Shown here in pieces: positions 12,911 to 25,962 of a stretch of 64,000 nucleotides of DNA. Made by a program: the position numbers and the translations under genes. Below the pieces are notes generated by a model. The model was given only the letters and a program-made list of their open reading frames with translations. It had not been told where the DNA came from and did not search any database. The DNA is from Lama guanicoe. Taxonomy: Eukaryota. Within the stretch, counting starts at the first letter, position 1, and each line of letters opens with the position of its first letter. The stretch covers positions 5,539,824 through 5,603,823 of the forward strand of contig MU054391.1 in NCBI GenBank assembly GCA_013239625.1, in the 5' to 3' direction.

Positions 12911-13124
12911 GTAAAAAGTCAAATTATGAAACTAATAGAAGCAGCTGCAGATCCACAATTCAAAAAAATACACACACACACACACAACAAAATGACAGAT
13001 TCGATGACAGTGAAAGGGGGTTTCTGTTCCAAAAAGGACAAAAGCTAGGAGGAAGGTATAAGCAGTGCCGAAACCACAGAGATTCTCACACAAGAACTCC
13101 TCCGAATCAGTAACAGCAAAAACA

Positions 13125-13680
13125 CATGCAACCCAGTTAAAGATGGACCAAATACACGAACTAGCTATTCAATAAAGGAGAAGTCTAAAGAGCTAACAAA
13201 TACAAAGAAATGTTCAAGAAAAAAGTAAATAAGAGTAAGAAATCACCTTACACTCTTCTGACTGGCAAAAAAATAAGAGAGTTAGGTAACACTGCGTGCT
13301 GGCAGGACACCAGAATCCAGGAACCTGGACCCGCTGAATGTGGCGCTGACAAACCCTCACTGCTGCTCCAGAGACCACTGGAGTGCCTCCCCGTGACTGA
13401 GCAATGTCGCTCCTCCGTGCGCACCCAGGGAGCTCTCACAGCTCCCAGAGGAGCGGGGTAGGGATGTTCCGTGCAGCCCTATCTGCAGTATCGAGGAGAC
13501 AAAGGCCATCCAAGCAGCCCTCGCTTGGTGAACAGAGAAGTAAATTACAGTAAGTCGCAGGACTAAACACTCAGCGGCGCCCAAACGACGAACCAGATAC
13601 GGACAACGACACAGACACGCAGACACAGAAACACAACGCAGCAGGAAGCAGGGCTGCAAAAACACGATGCTGAGTTTTAG
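13125..13680 (+). mobile_element. Highly diverged old LINE-1 fragment
   Basis: Degenerate L1 ORF2-end layout (CAACCCAGTTAAAGATGGACCAAATAC..., CTGGCAAAAAAATAAGA...), unusually GC-shifted. Confidence 0.5.
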
Positions 13681-14017
13681 GAAGATCTAAGGTGGAAAAT
13701 CATTTTGGCACATTAAAAACACATATATACACAAAATAACACATTATCTTTCAAGAATATACACCTATCCAGGCAAATATTAAACACATTAAAACAGATG
13801 CCTATGAGAGAGGAAGGAGAAGAGAGGTGACTGAAGGGGAAATAATGAAGAGAAATAATCACGGGTCTTGCACAGACCAGTGACAAGTGCGCCACAAAGT
13901 GAGGTGTATGATCAACTCAACTCTGCACATGAGGCTACAACAGGGTTTGTTCATCTGAATGAGACACAACCTTGATTTCAAACGCACACATACGCATTTC
14001 AGCAAATTATTCCATAC

Positions 14018-14121
14018 CTGTGCAGTAAGACACGCCTTTGCAAGTAGCGTTAATAGCCTCCTGGCACTTCTTCTGGGCCGTCTCGAACTGACAGTTTTTA
14101 CAGCAGGGACTGTTCCTGTCA
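14018..14121 (-). CDS. ADAM17: ADAM17 exon 13 (disintegrin domain)
   Basis: 104 bp, [38 protein letters not shown]. Confidence 0.96.
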
Positions 14122-14998
14122 CTGCAGAGGAAGAGCAGACGGGGACAGTCCAAGTCAAACAGCAGCCCCACAGCAAAGACTACGGTCATGTCGCAGGGCC
14201 CCAAGATCGCAGGGGAAGGGCTCCAGGCCGGGTCCGCTCCTGCACAATCAGACCCCAGGTGCTGGCTCCACCTGCACACGGTCCACCTGCCCTTCCTGGC
14301 GTGGACTGAGAGCACAGTGGGCCAAAGTGGCTCGTCTTTAAAACATCTCCATGTCCTTGGTTTTCATTAACTTAATGCAGTAATTTTTTAAACACATACA
14401 CACACAGGCCCACAAATCAATCAGTGGTCAAGAAACTAGGCAGCCAGGGCCCCACTGCCCAACAGTATTTACAATGTTTATATGTACTGTATATAGTATA
14501 ACTGTATATAGTGAGTAACAGATTTAAGCTTTCCCCTCTACTTCAAAGCCAGGCACTAGACATTAAAAATGGAAATATTGTACCTTCTAACTTAAAACCT
14601 GCTCCCTCCACATTTAGTGCATGTGATTAAACAGTATTCTTCACCACTATTGTAGAGATGTGCAATAATTAATTTATATCCCAGGACTGTCACTTTGTTT
14701 CCCATATTTTGCTATTATAAAAGAATGCAGCCATGAACATCCTTGTTAAATCGTCTTGTACATCTCTGTTTCCTTAGAAAAGGTTCTTTGAACTGTGGCA
14801 TCGCTACAGCAAAGAGGATGCAAGACTGAGGATTCTCTCGTGTCATGTCAAACTGCTTCCCAGAAACATTCTTCTCGATATAAAGGGCAAGAGAGGTAAA
14901 CACACGCACACACGCGCACACCCTCTAATTGATTCTAAGCCCCTGCATTTCCCTCCGCCGCCCCCAGCTGCGTGCCCCCCCCCCGCCCAGCGCGGCCC

Positions 14999-15228
14999 CT
15001 GCACCGGACGCCCGGCTTCAGCGTGCAGGCACTGTTGCAGCCGGCGCCGTTGTTCAGGGACATGATGCCAGAGGTGTCGTTGTTCAGGTACATGATGCCA
15101 GGGTCGCACTCCTCTCCCTCGTCCACCCGGGAGTTCCCGCACACTTTGTTGCTGCGTTCTTGGAAACACTCCTGGGACTTACTTTCAATGGTCTTATAGA
15201 TGGACTGTTTACTGCAGTTTGAAAACAT
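14999..15228 (-). CDS. ADAM17: ADAM17 exon 12 (as assembled 230 bp, with 30-bp duplication and GG instead of GT donor)
   Basis: AAG acceptor; [76 protein letters not shown]; end placed by phase match to exon 13. Confidence 0.85.
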
Positions 15229-16109
15229 CTTAGGAGAAAAAAGGCCACATAGGACCCAAAATAACATAAAAATTCATTCCCAGGTATTGTCTGCATTTCT
15301 TCTTCAGGGAACAACGTAAAAGCCACAATCAGAACCACCTGGAAGGTACGTCAGCTTCCCCGTCACCTGAAATGCCACTTGTAAGGAACTGAGTTCTCTC
15401 CCTGTGCAGGATGCTAAATAGGTGATATGAATTTGGGTAAGAGCCTAAAATTTTTCACAGGAAAGTAAGCTACACAAATGCTGAGGCCAAACACCCCAGC
15501 CAGTCCAGCGTCAGCAGAGAGTCGTGGGCTCTACCAGACTCTGCGCCACCCGGGGCTCAGACAGAACCCGCCATGGGGACAGTGAGACTGGGCCCACACC
15601 GCCGTCTTCCTGGACATAACAACTCCAGCCTGCAGAACAGGGTCTGCTCCAGTTTACCTCTTTCTCTTTCCCTGAATATTGTGTCAATGATGCATGTTTA
15701 AAGTGTTTAAATCGTTGAGCTTAGTAAGAGGCAAATTACAAATAGTCTATTAAAAGAGTAAATTTCAAATTGTTACCTAAATGTTTTCATGGGTCCCCAA
15801 GATTTTAAGTTTCTCTGAGGTTTCTACAGCTGACCAGCATCTCAAAGGAAGCCTGAATCCTAGCTTGGCCACTTGGTACAGAATCACAGAAATGACCTCT
15901 AAATTTGGGTATTTTACCAGGGGCTCTAAAACAGAGTCCATTTCCCCAATCATCTGAAATTATCACGAAAAGCGGAACGAGACTTGGGGAAAACTCGGTG
16001 TGGGTTTTCCAGGGGAAGGGTCTCCGGCCTCTGCAAGTGGCCAAAACGGCTTCCCTTCCACCTGAGACAAGAGCCATGAAACCCCCGAGGGGCGGAGAGC
16101 CCAAGCCCC

Positions 16110-16822
16110 GTACGAGATAATACAGAGCACACCTTGGCCTCTGGCCCCGGTTCCCGGCACAGGGCTCCTAAAACCCCTGTAATTTCCTGGGTGACAGGAG
16201 TGTCTTTTGTTCTAATGAGCCAACTCTGAGTGGGCCCCTGGGTGACTCCTGGATGGGGGCTGGTCACCGGAGATACCAAGCCACGACGAGAAGCTTGGAA
16301 TTTTCAGCCCTGCCTCCCATTCTCTTGCGAAGGGGCAAGGGCTAAAAACAGTTAATGACTGACCATGCCTATGTGATGAAGCCTCCAAAAAATCCCAAAC
16401 CTACAAGGTTCAAAGAGCTTGCAGGTTGGTGAACAGGTGGGGCTGTAGGACAGCGGCGCACCCAGAGGGCAGGGAAGCTCCACGCCCTTCCCACACGCCC
16501 CGTGCTGGCACCTCTTCCGTCCGGGGGTTCATCTGTATCCTGCATCGTACCCTTTCATCATTAACTGGTAAATATGTGTTTCCCTGAGTTCTGTGAGCTG
16601 CTCTAGCAAACTAACTGAGCCCAAGGAGGGGATCATTGGAACCTCCAATCTATAGCCAGTTGGTTAAAAGCACAGGCGATGAGCCAGATTTGCAACTGGC
16701 ATCTCAAGTGCAGGTGGGGGCAGCGTGGCAGGGCAGTCTCGTGGGACTGAGCCCTTCACCTGTGGGATGTGATGCTATCTCCAGGAAGACAGTGTCAGAA
16801 CTGAGCTAAACCAAGCTGGTGT
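16110..16822 (+). mobile_element. MER21-like ERV LTR
   Basis: GGTTCCCGGCACAGGGCTCCTAAAACCC, GATGGGGGCTGGTCACC, TTCCCTGAGTTCTGTGAGCTGCTCTAGCAAA, GGGACTGAGCCCTTCACCTGTGGGAT resemble the recalled MER21 consensus. Confidence 0.75.
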
Positions 16823-17504
16823 TGTTTGCTGCCCTGTGCTGCTCAACTTTAAGTAAAAGGAAAAAGTACCAGGCATCTATGAACACTTTTAGTTCAGACT
16901 CTAAGATTAGTCACAGCCACTCTTAGGAAAGTCTCTGGAACTATTTACTATGTCCCGAATCAACAAGGGCAGTGTACTCCATCAGATACCACCAATAGTA
17001 AATTATTCCTTTATCTGCTCGACAAATATTTATTACGTGCCGGGTACCCCGAACAGGCCCTGGAGGCAAAGCCATGAGCCAGAAAGGCAAGCGCCCCGCC
17101 CTCAGGTCTGGCAAATTATGTATTTTGTTACAAAAGTTTATTAAAACATGCAAGTTGTAAAGCAATGTGGAGTTAACGTGAATGACAACTTGTAAGTGGA
17201 GTGACAGGAAGTTTCCAACTGAAAGCCTAAGCCCGCCCGACCCTGCAAACCAGGCTCCAGTGCAGGCCGTTAACGTTAAGTAGTTAATCTCCCACACAGC
17301 CCAAACCGACACGTGCTTAACCTTGATAACAAACAGTCCAAATGACTAACGTAGATGGACCAGGTTCACTTTAAAACACACAACCAGGTTTCAAGGTACC
17401 TGGTAACTAGCAGTCCCATCCCTAGAATGGAAAGCTTTTGCGAGCTCTCCTTATAATTAAACGTAGCCTCTTTCTTTCCTAACCACACAAAGAAGCTCCA
17501 AAAG

Positions 17505-17602
17505 CGGGGAGGGTATAGCTCCGTGGTAGAATGCATGCTTAGCATGCACAAACTCCTGGGTTCAAGCCCCAGTATCTCCATTAAAAGAAACATGTAAATG
17601 GA
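17505..17602 (+). mobile_element. tRNA-derived SINE (Vic-1-like) next to the ADAM17 exon 11 donor
   Basis: A/B boxes; TSD CCAAAAG at 17498-17504 and 17603-17609. Confidence 0.87.
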
Positions 17603-17617
17603 CCAAAAGATACATAC

Positions 17618-17770
17618 CTTATTGTTCTCATGATCGCCACTCACAGCGATGGGATACATAACGTATTTTCCTCCCTGGTCCTCATTCGGGGCGCATTCCG
17701 CTAGACCATCTGGATCATGTTCTGCTCCAAAATTGTGACCCAGTTCATGAGTTGTAACTAGGTCAGCTTC
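17618..17770 (-). CDS. ADAM17: ADAM17 exon 11 (zinc-binding motif and Met-turn)
   Basis: 153 bp, [55 protein letters not shown] (HExxHxxGxxH). Confidence 0.98.
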
Positions 17771-18879
17771 CTGAAGGAGCAGGCAGAGGAAACATTATTT
17801 CCCAACATCTAACCATCACCTGCTTTGGCCAGTTGGGTCCTGGTGTCTTAAATGGGCTCCTGATCAATCAGATCAAAACAGAGTAACAGCTGGACTATGG
17901 TTTCTTCTATCAATTACAGGAATTAAACAGACTATGTAGGATTTTATTTAATACTATTAAATAGTATTATAAGGATGAATTAAATCAACTTTAGAAAATA
18001 TAACTTAAAAGATATACTGGAGCACTCTTAATGAGGCACCAAACATTGGCCGTTCCAAACAGTGATAAACCAAATAGCGAACTGCAGTCAGTCAGTCAAG
18101 CCTCCTGCCCCTCACCCCAACCACACTCCTGTTAAAATCTAGCATGAGGGGCTGGGGCGGGGGGAGCAAGACAACTGAAGAACAACAAAACCATGCTCCT
18201 TATCTCAGTGACTGAATTCACGTCCAAGGCAGACTTAATGATCTAGAGGATTTTATTTATCGGAATTCAGTTAAAGGGCTGCACTGAATCTATCCCATCA
18301 CCAGATTTCTATCTGAATGTAACGATGAATTCAGCCAGTAAAGTTAAAAGTTTTCCCATGTTTCTCTGCATAAAATAACAAATTTAATTACTGATTTTTT
18401 TTCCTAAGTGGGGGGAAAAAATCACTCCATGGAACCTGAAAAAATTTACGTGTATTCTGCAAGACACTGGAATTTTTTTAAGACATAGTTGCAACGCTAA
18501 AATTAATGTCTTGAAGCTTTCCAAGTGTTTGTATTAAAATGGTCATAGAGAAAACTTTACACTTTGTGCAAAAAGTACGCAAATCCCGAAGGTGCAATGT
18601 GGAGAAGTAATTCCAAACTGTGCTTCAGAAAAATTCATTAGAAGATTTTCTAACAGACTGATGCTTTAGAAACATCAAAGCAATCTATTTTTTGTCCTAT
18701 GTGTCCTATAATAGAAAAATTTTGGAAGACCAAGGAAGATACGCCATTAAATCAAACCACTGATGATGCTGTGATACCAAAAAGGTAAAGGAGCAGCACA
18801 GAAAACAATTCTGGAAAATTTTCCAAAAACTGGTGTATTTTTCTTCTCTCATCCCATTTTACTTCTTTTGAACCAATCA

Positions 18880-19756
18880 AAGTTCAAAATTTATATGAAG
18901 GTTCACTCTTTGTGTCATACTTTCTATGGGTTTTGACAAACACATAATGTCTCATATCCATCATTAAAGTATGTGGAATAGTTTCAACACCCGAAAAATC
19001 TCTGTGCTCTGCCTACTCATTCCCAGTCCACTCCTGGCAACCACTGTTTTTACTGCCTCCATGGTTTGTCTTTTGCAGAATGTCATACAGATGGGATCAA
19101 ACAGGATGGAGCCTTTTCAGATTGGCTTCTTTTACTTAGCAATATACACTTATGGTCCCTCCATGTCTTTTTATGACATGATTGGTCCTTTTTAGTGCTG
19201 AATAGTATTCCACTGTCTGGATGTGTCAGTTGGTTTAACCATTCACCTACTGAAAGACATCTTGGTTGCTTCCAAGTCTTGACAATTATTAATAAGGCTG
19301 TTATAACATCCATGTACAGGTCTCTATGAGAACATAAGTCTTCAGCTCCTGCGAGCAAATACTAACAACTATGGTTGCTGGATCCTATGGTAAGAGTACA
19401 TTTAGTTTTACAAGAAACTGCCATTTTGTGTCTGTACCATTTTGCATTCCCACCAGCAGTGTGTGGGAGTTCATGTTGCTCCACATCCTCACCAGCATTT
19501 GGTGGTGTCAGCATTTTGGATTTCAGCCATTCTAATAGTTGTGTGATGTTAGTATCTCACTGTTGTTTTGATCTGCAATTCCCTAATAACATATAATGTT
19601 GAGTATCTTTTCATATACTTATTTGCCACCTGTGTAACTTCTTTGGCAAGGTGACTATTAAGATCTTTTGCTACTTTAAAGTTGGGTTGTTCTTTCTTTA
19701 TTGTTGAGTTTTTAGTATATTCCTTATACACTGTGGATAGCCGTCCTCTATCAGGA
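18880..19756 (-). mobile_element. Old LINE-1 fragment
   Basis: CATTTTGCATTCCCACCAGCAGTG, CTTGGTTGCTTCCAAG (reverse-strand L1 ORF2-end motifs). Confidence 0.85.
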
Positions 19757-20011
19757 CCTGCAAGATGAAGGGCTCCAGGAGGGACGTCTTCAGGAGAAAC
19801 AATAATCCCGATCGGTCTCAAAAGAAGCTTGACAGTTAACTATTATTTTCTTCTTTTCACTTTTATTTTTGTATTTCCCACTAAAAATGTTTTTTTACAC
19901 AGAAACAAAAGCAGTATGTATTACTATTTTAAAAAATACCTATAAATCTGTAACAGCTGAGGTCTTACAATAAGCTCAAAATCTACCCTTGTAAAATTTA
20001 AAAGAACATAC

Positions 20012-20100
20012 CTTTGTAAGAATGGTTTTACCATAATTTTTTGTGCTGGTCAAACCACTATTCAAATAGATATTTTTCTTTCCAATTGGACTATAATAAG
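20012..20100 (-). CDS. ADAM17: ADAM17 exon 10
   Basis: 89 bp, [33 protein letters not shown]. Confidence 0.96.
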
Positions 20101-20208
20101 CTAAAGGAAAAAGGAACAGAGACAAATTGCTTATTCAATTACAGATTTACAACATAATCTTATCAGCTTGCTATTCCTACATATTCACACAACAAACAGA
20201 AAACTTAC

Positions 20209-20353
20209 CCTTTGGACAAACACCTCCATGACTGTTTGCTCTGGGAGAACCAACATAAGCTAATCCAAGAGTTCCCATATCAAAATCTTGATAGGTGAAA
20301 AGATGTGCTAGGCAGACTTTAGATGCTTCTTCAGCGATATCAAAGCTAAATTG
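20209..20353 (-). CDS. ADAM17: ADAM17 exon 9
   Basis: 145 bp, [52 protein letters not shown]. Confidence 0.96.
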
Positions 20354-20463
20354 CTTTTTAGAAATATATATTCTTAATTAGATTAACAGATATATCACAC
20401 TAAAAGATGTTTCAACCAAATATTCCAGAACAGTACCACATGATTGACTGCAGTTTTTTTACA

Positions 20464-20655
20464 CTTTTTTAAATTGAAGTATAGTTGATGTACAAATATT
20501 ACATAAGTTATAGGTGCGCAATATAGTGATTCACAATTTTTAAAGGTTACACTTCATTTATAGTTATAAAAGGTTCGCTACATTCCCTGTGTTGCATAAT
20601 ACATCCTTGTAGCTTATTTTATACATAATAGTTTGTACCTCTTAATTCCCTCCCC
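20464..20655 (-). mobile_element. LINE-1 3' tip
   Basis: TTTTAAATTGAAGTATAGTTGAT...; reverse complement resembles the L1 end at 54050-54200. Confidence 0.8.
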
Positions 20656-21273
20656 GCTTGGTATTTTGTTAGAGCAGCCACAGGAAATTAATACATTAAC
20701 AACAGAGTAAAAGATCAACACTATCACCTCACAGACAGTCATTTTACAGCAAAGCAACAGTACCCACAAACTGAGACACTGAGATCACGTGACAAAAAAG
20801 GATAAATCATATCTTGTCAAGGCAAGAATCCGTATGGCATAGAATGTGTAGGTTAATTATCTTCAGATTTGTTACCAGAATAAAAACACAAAAATTAAAA
20901 ATTCCTGTAGAGGACTTTCAGATCGCCAAGTTGTATTTCTACCATCTGATACATGTGTTAATTACCGATCTAAGAGCTCTACCAATAAATTTCAAGAGAC
21001 CTGAACTAACAAAATGGTGTGCAAAAAATGTATACACTGAGTATCTATTTTCCAAAGCTCCATTGCTTCATTAGATTCCCCAAAATATTAAGGTTAAGAA
21101 GCACCACTTTCTAGCATTTTTCATTCTCAGTTTTGCCCATCTGGCTATCTATCTTGCTACGGGGGACAAGGTCGCTGTTGGAGCTGCCCCTGGTTTTCAA
21201 TTACCTTTTCTAATATGGCCCTTCATTAATTAATAGACATGAGCCACAACACATCCAGGATTCCACGACCTAC

Positions 21274-21387
21274 CTCCAGCAACATCTTCACATCCCAAGC
21301 ATCCTTTTCTTCATTTGGATAACTTTTTGCCATGTTGTAGTGCCTTTCACCAGGTTTTACCTCTTGTGGAGACTTGAGAATGCGAAT
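21274..21387 (-). CDS. ADAM17: ADAM17 exon 8
   Basis: 114 bp, [42 protein letters not shown]. Confidence 0.96.
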
Positions 21388-23226
21388 CTATACTTAAAGA
21401 GATAAAATACTTAGAACACCTCAGAAAAGTCACAAGACTGAAGTAATACTGCATTGTTAAAAAAGACCATCTACCGTTCTAAAAAATAAAAAAAAGTTTT
21501 AGAGCCAAAATTCCATAAAAGTCCTCAGCTCTAATATCCAATGTTTAAAATCACACTGAGAAGTATATGGAATGGAAAACATGTATCAACGAATGACTTG
21601 TAAATGTATTCCTAAATTTTCATTTCTTCTATATTTAGTTGGGAAAAAAATGACAACCTGGGTTTCATGAGCTGAAACATTTATCCCAACAGTAGTCAGT
21701 GATTCAGAGATGCAGAACAGCAGGGTGGCCATCACTGCACACCACAGGGAGAAGAGCATAAAGAACAGGGGCTTTTCCTTGTACATATAATACACACTCA
21801 TAGGAATCCTACTTTAAAAAGGGAACAAAGCCTCCTCTCCAAAGAGGGTGAAACACTCAGGCTGGCGAATCTGCACAAGAAACAAAGCCATGCTCAGTTC
21901 AGCTGTTGTTGAAATCTCTTCCCGTCTGCTCTGCCACCACGTGGTAGTTCACTGGGGTGGGCGCCCCAGCTCTGGTGGTGGGTGATCAAGACCAGTACTG
22001 GGAAGAACTGGGTGGCAGCCCACTTTGTACATCTAAACCACATCCTCCAATCCACCTATTACCATTTAAAAAGCTGGTATTGTAATTACCCATCACATCT
22101 ATTTTTTTCAACTGGTTCCAAATTTCTAGAGCAAAAAGGAGATTTATTGTTCTCCTAAAACTCAAACATGATGCGGCTATTTTAAACAAGTGAGTTTTTC
22201 ATGAAATGAAAGAGCAAGATGCAAAAAAGTACAGCATACCACAAATATGTCAAATACACACATACACACACATGCTACACATGCATAAAATAACTCTGGA
22301 AAGATATGGATGAAACTAGTGACATGACGTCTCTGGGGAAAGGAACTGGTTTGACAATGGGCAGAGGTTGAGGAGACTTACTTTTCACTGGCTTTTGTAC
22401 CATGTGTATATATTACCTATTCAAATAATAACTTAAAAAAGAAAGTGCAAAACAGTAAAAGAGAATGGAAAAGGGGGAAATAATTCTCTTAGCTTTATAT
22501 AAGTACCATAAAAGTTTAACATTTGTAAGTATGATGCATGGTTTCAAAAGCTTTTTTCCCTTTTACTCTAAATTCTGCACTACAGAACCCGTAAGAACAT
22601 GGCTAGCTGAGCACAAAAAGCTTGGAAGAAACAGAGACAATAATTTCCATGACAAAATGTCTGTCCAAAGCAATATCCAATTTCAGAAGTCTTTCTAATC
22701 AGTCTTACCGATTTGGAACAATCTTCACTATGAGCTATACTTAGGATGACATAAGTACCTCATTGCTGGACATACTCTGCTAACAGGTAAGAACTCAGGA
22801 GATTTGGGGAAAAGAGACCTAATGGTTCTCTATGTACAAACGCCATGCAAATGTACCCAGTATTTTTAAGTCAGTTTTCTAAGTATTCAACAATATGTGC
22901 TAGGATTCTAACTGAAGACATAAAGCATAATCAGAGAAAAATAAAACAATACAGGAGATTAAAAAAGGCACGAATTCAGAAAAAACAGGGACTGTGGTAG
23001 TATAGAAAGGCTTTCTGCCTAAAACAAGCCAAAGAACAGAAAATTTCATAATCTATATAGAATTAATATCAAAAACACTGTTAAGTTACTCAGATAAAAA
23101 TCAACGGCATTTGAGAGTATTCATGATTAAAACGGAAGATCGGTTTCTGGGTTTTGAATACAAATGATGAACGTTTACATCACATAACTTAGCTGAGCAC
23201 TGTGAGCCGCGTCCGATGATAAATAC

Positions 23227-23316
23227 CTGCTCTATCTGTATTCCATAACCTTTGAAGCCTGCGTTGTCCCACGAGGTGTTTCGATAGATGTCATCAACTC
23301 TGTCAATGAGCTCTAT
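23227..23316 (-). CDS. ADAM17: ADAM17 exon 7
   Basis: 90 bp, [34 protein letters not shown]. Confidence 0.96.
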
Positions 23317-25106
23317 CTGTGTGCATGAGAGAGAGGGGGGAAGACATTATGTATCTCTTTGCACCTCTTTGCAATGTCATGTAAGTTCTGTAGGGATTTT
23401 TAAGAAAATTTTAGAGAAAACACCATTGTAAAAGTTTCACCAATTACAAAAACTAGCATTAAGATGTTAATTCTTTACGTTAACAACTTAACAAAGAAAT
23501 CATTCCTGGCCTCCAACTTCAAGTGTTGCTACCAGAGTAAGCAGTGGTACATACAGCTCATCCCAAATTTCAGGTCATCAACTGCCTACAGAACCAAAGT
23601 ATCAAGTTAACAGGCTTTTTAAAACCTGCCGTTCCAGTCAATTACAAAAATGAAAGTTAAAAGTCAATCAAATTACCTAAAATACTTCCTTCTAAGAAGT
23701 ACTCTGTTCATTCTCTCTTGCCAAGTACCTCAAACAAACAAACAAACAAAACAGGAAAAAAAGAAACGCCTTCTTCGGAAAGACGAAAGGAGCAAGGATT
23801 ATTGCTAACTAATCCTGTCCCAGACCCTCCCTGTGCAAAGTGCAGCCCTGAGGACCAGGTACAGAGAGACAGAGGGGGTGAGGTGGGTAGAGGACACTGA
23901 GGGAGGAGGGGCAGTGTGACAGACGAGGACAACTCAAACTACATAACAAAGTGCTTATTACCTATCTTCTCCTCAAAGAGAACATTTTATTGTTCAAAAA
24001 CTGGGTAAATGAGGTTCTGGCAACTGTTCTGGCAACACTGTAGGTCTAAGAAACTGTTCTTTGCTTATAGTAACTGGGAGACTAAGAAATGCTGTTTTTG
24101 AGACTAGACTTCTCACTGTATTCATATTCTTGGTGTAATAAACAAAGAAGTAAACTCAGAGCCCCTAGTACAAAACCCACACTAAGAAAGAAGCTTTTCA
24201 GGAAAGAATTTCTTACTTAGGAACAAGAACTACAGTGACTTCACACACAACTCCTACTACCCTCATAATAAACTCACTTGACAAGGAAAGGACAGGAAAG
24301 AGGGGTGAGGAAGGGGAGAGAAAAAAACACAGAATGGGAGCACCAAGGCAAGGAGAAAGACGCCTTTGCTGCGCCGGGCTCCACACTACGAATGAATAGC
24401 TGCATTCTCTCTTATTCCTTCAACATCACCACGGTCAGTGCCAAGTTATCACGAGGAATGAGGTCATGCTGACAAAAAAATGTCAATGAAATATGAATCC
24501 CTTGACTTTTAAAATTACAATAGTAAATGCTTAAAAATCCAGCATCAATACTTCTGTAATCTTTCCTTCAAATCTCTGCCCTCTAGTTGTGACCCCAAAA
24601 GTCTCATTTCACAGTTATATTCCAACAACTAGCTATCTTATGTGACATAAACCCAACTGACCAACTTCTTTGATATATACACATAAGCAAAAATAATACA
24701 CAGAGGCTCATACAAATACTTTCTCCCCTTCCCCACTCCGGAGCACACATCCACATGTGTCACCAACAGAAGCACTGCCATTACAGCAGTGATGCTTTCC
24801 AAAAGTTCACCTGTATAAAGGAGACCTACGTTATGAACTTTCCCTAAACATAATCCACATAAAAATTCTGATGTGCAGAAGATCTTAGTTGAAAGGTAAA
24901 ATGGGTTTTCAGAAATTTGAAACTAGAATCTCTATACAATTATGTAAGAACCTCAGACAGTCCTCAAATATCCTAGGAAATCATAGAGCATCTGAAGTAG
25001 ATCTCATTTCATGATGTTTCAAATGATAGCAGTCTTCTCTTAAACGGAATTTGCCTATCGACATGAACTTCTTTGTCCCATACCTGACCCAGCATCAAAC
25101 ACCTAC

Positions 25107-25240
25107 CAGGTAGTTTGTGGTTGTGCTCTCCTCCCCTCTGCCCATGTATCTGTAAAAGCGATGATCTGCTACCACCAGTAATTTACACGTGTTCTTCATG
25201 GGATTAGGGTCAGCTCTTCTCCTCACCCGATGGACAAGCT
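25107..25240 (-). CDS. ADAM17: ADAM17 exon 6 (furin site, start of catalytic domain)
   Basis: 134 bp, [48 protein letters not shown]. Confidence 0.96.
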
Positions 25241-25601
25241 CTAATATGAATTTGTATGCACTATTAAATCAAAATTCATCAAAACAAGGAGTTTTTTATA
25301 GTAACATTTTAAATCTAACATATTTTTGAAACAAATATTATTTGAGCTCAGTATCCTTAATGGTATCTTGAACAAAAAAACAATTTAGGGGAAGACAGAA
25401 AAGTGAAAAAGTAATATGAGGTTTTGAAATTGTATAATTCAAAACCAAGGAAAAGTGCAAAAGTATTCATCAGAATAAAACAATAACCTATTTATTGCTG
25501 GGCTATGAAAGTGTCATTTTCTTCTAGAAGAAGTTTACAAATTAACCCAAGTAATGGTAAAAATATCCAGATAATCAAACATTTAAAAATTAGTTTGTTC
25601 T

Positions 25602-25745
25602 GGGGGGAGGGTATAGCTCAGTGGTAAAGCACATGCTTATTAGCATGCACGAGGTCCTGGGTTCAATCCCCAGTACCTCCATTAAATAAATAAACCTAAT
25701 TAAAAATAAAAAAGCCTACTTACCTCTCCTCCAAATAAAAAACAA
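25602..25745 (+). mobile_element. tRNA-derived SINE (Vic-1-like)
   Basis: GGGGGGAGGGTATAGCTCAGTGG...GGTTCAATCCCCAGTACCTCC plus A-rich tail. Confidence 0.87.
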
Positions 25746-25962
25746 TTTTTAATTCATTTGTTTCATCTATTTTAATATATTTATTCATATGTACATTATA
25801 GACAAAAAAATTAACTTAAGAAATTTCTGAACAAAACTCTACTTTCAATACTGTAGTTACTTGATAATCATGTTTTTTTTAATCAATTAACAACCACCCC
25901 TACTGAAGTGAAGACAGCTGTTATGCTTGTTTCTTATTTGAAATATATTTTTTCAGTCTTAC

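Noticed and set aside
25205..25230. Furin site RVRR-R instead of recalled human RVKR-R
   Set aside because: Still fits the R-X-K/R-R consensus.
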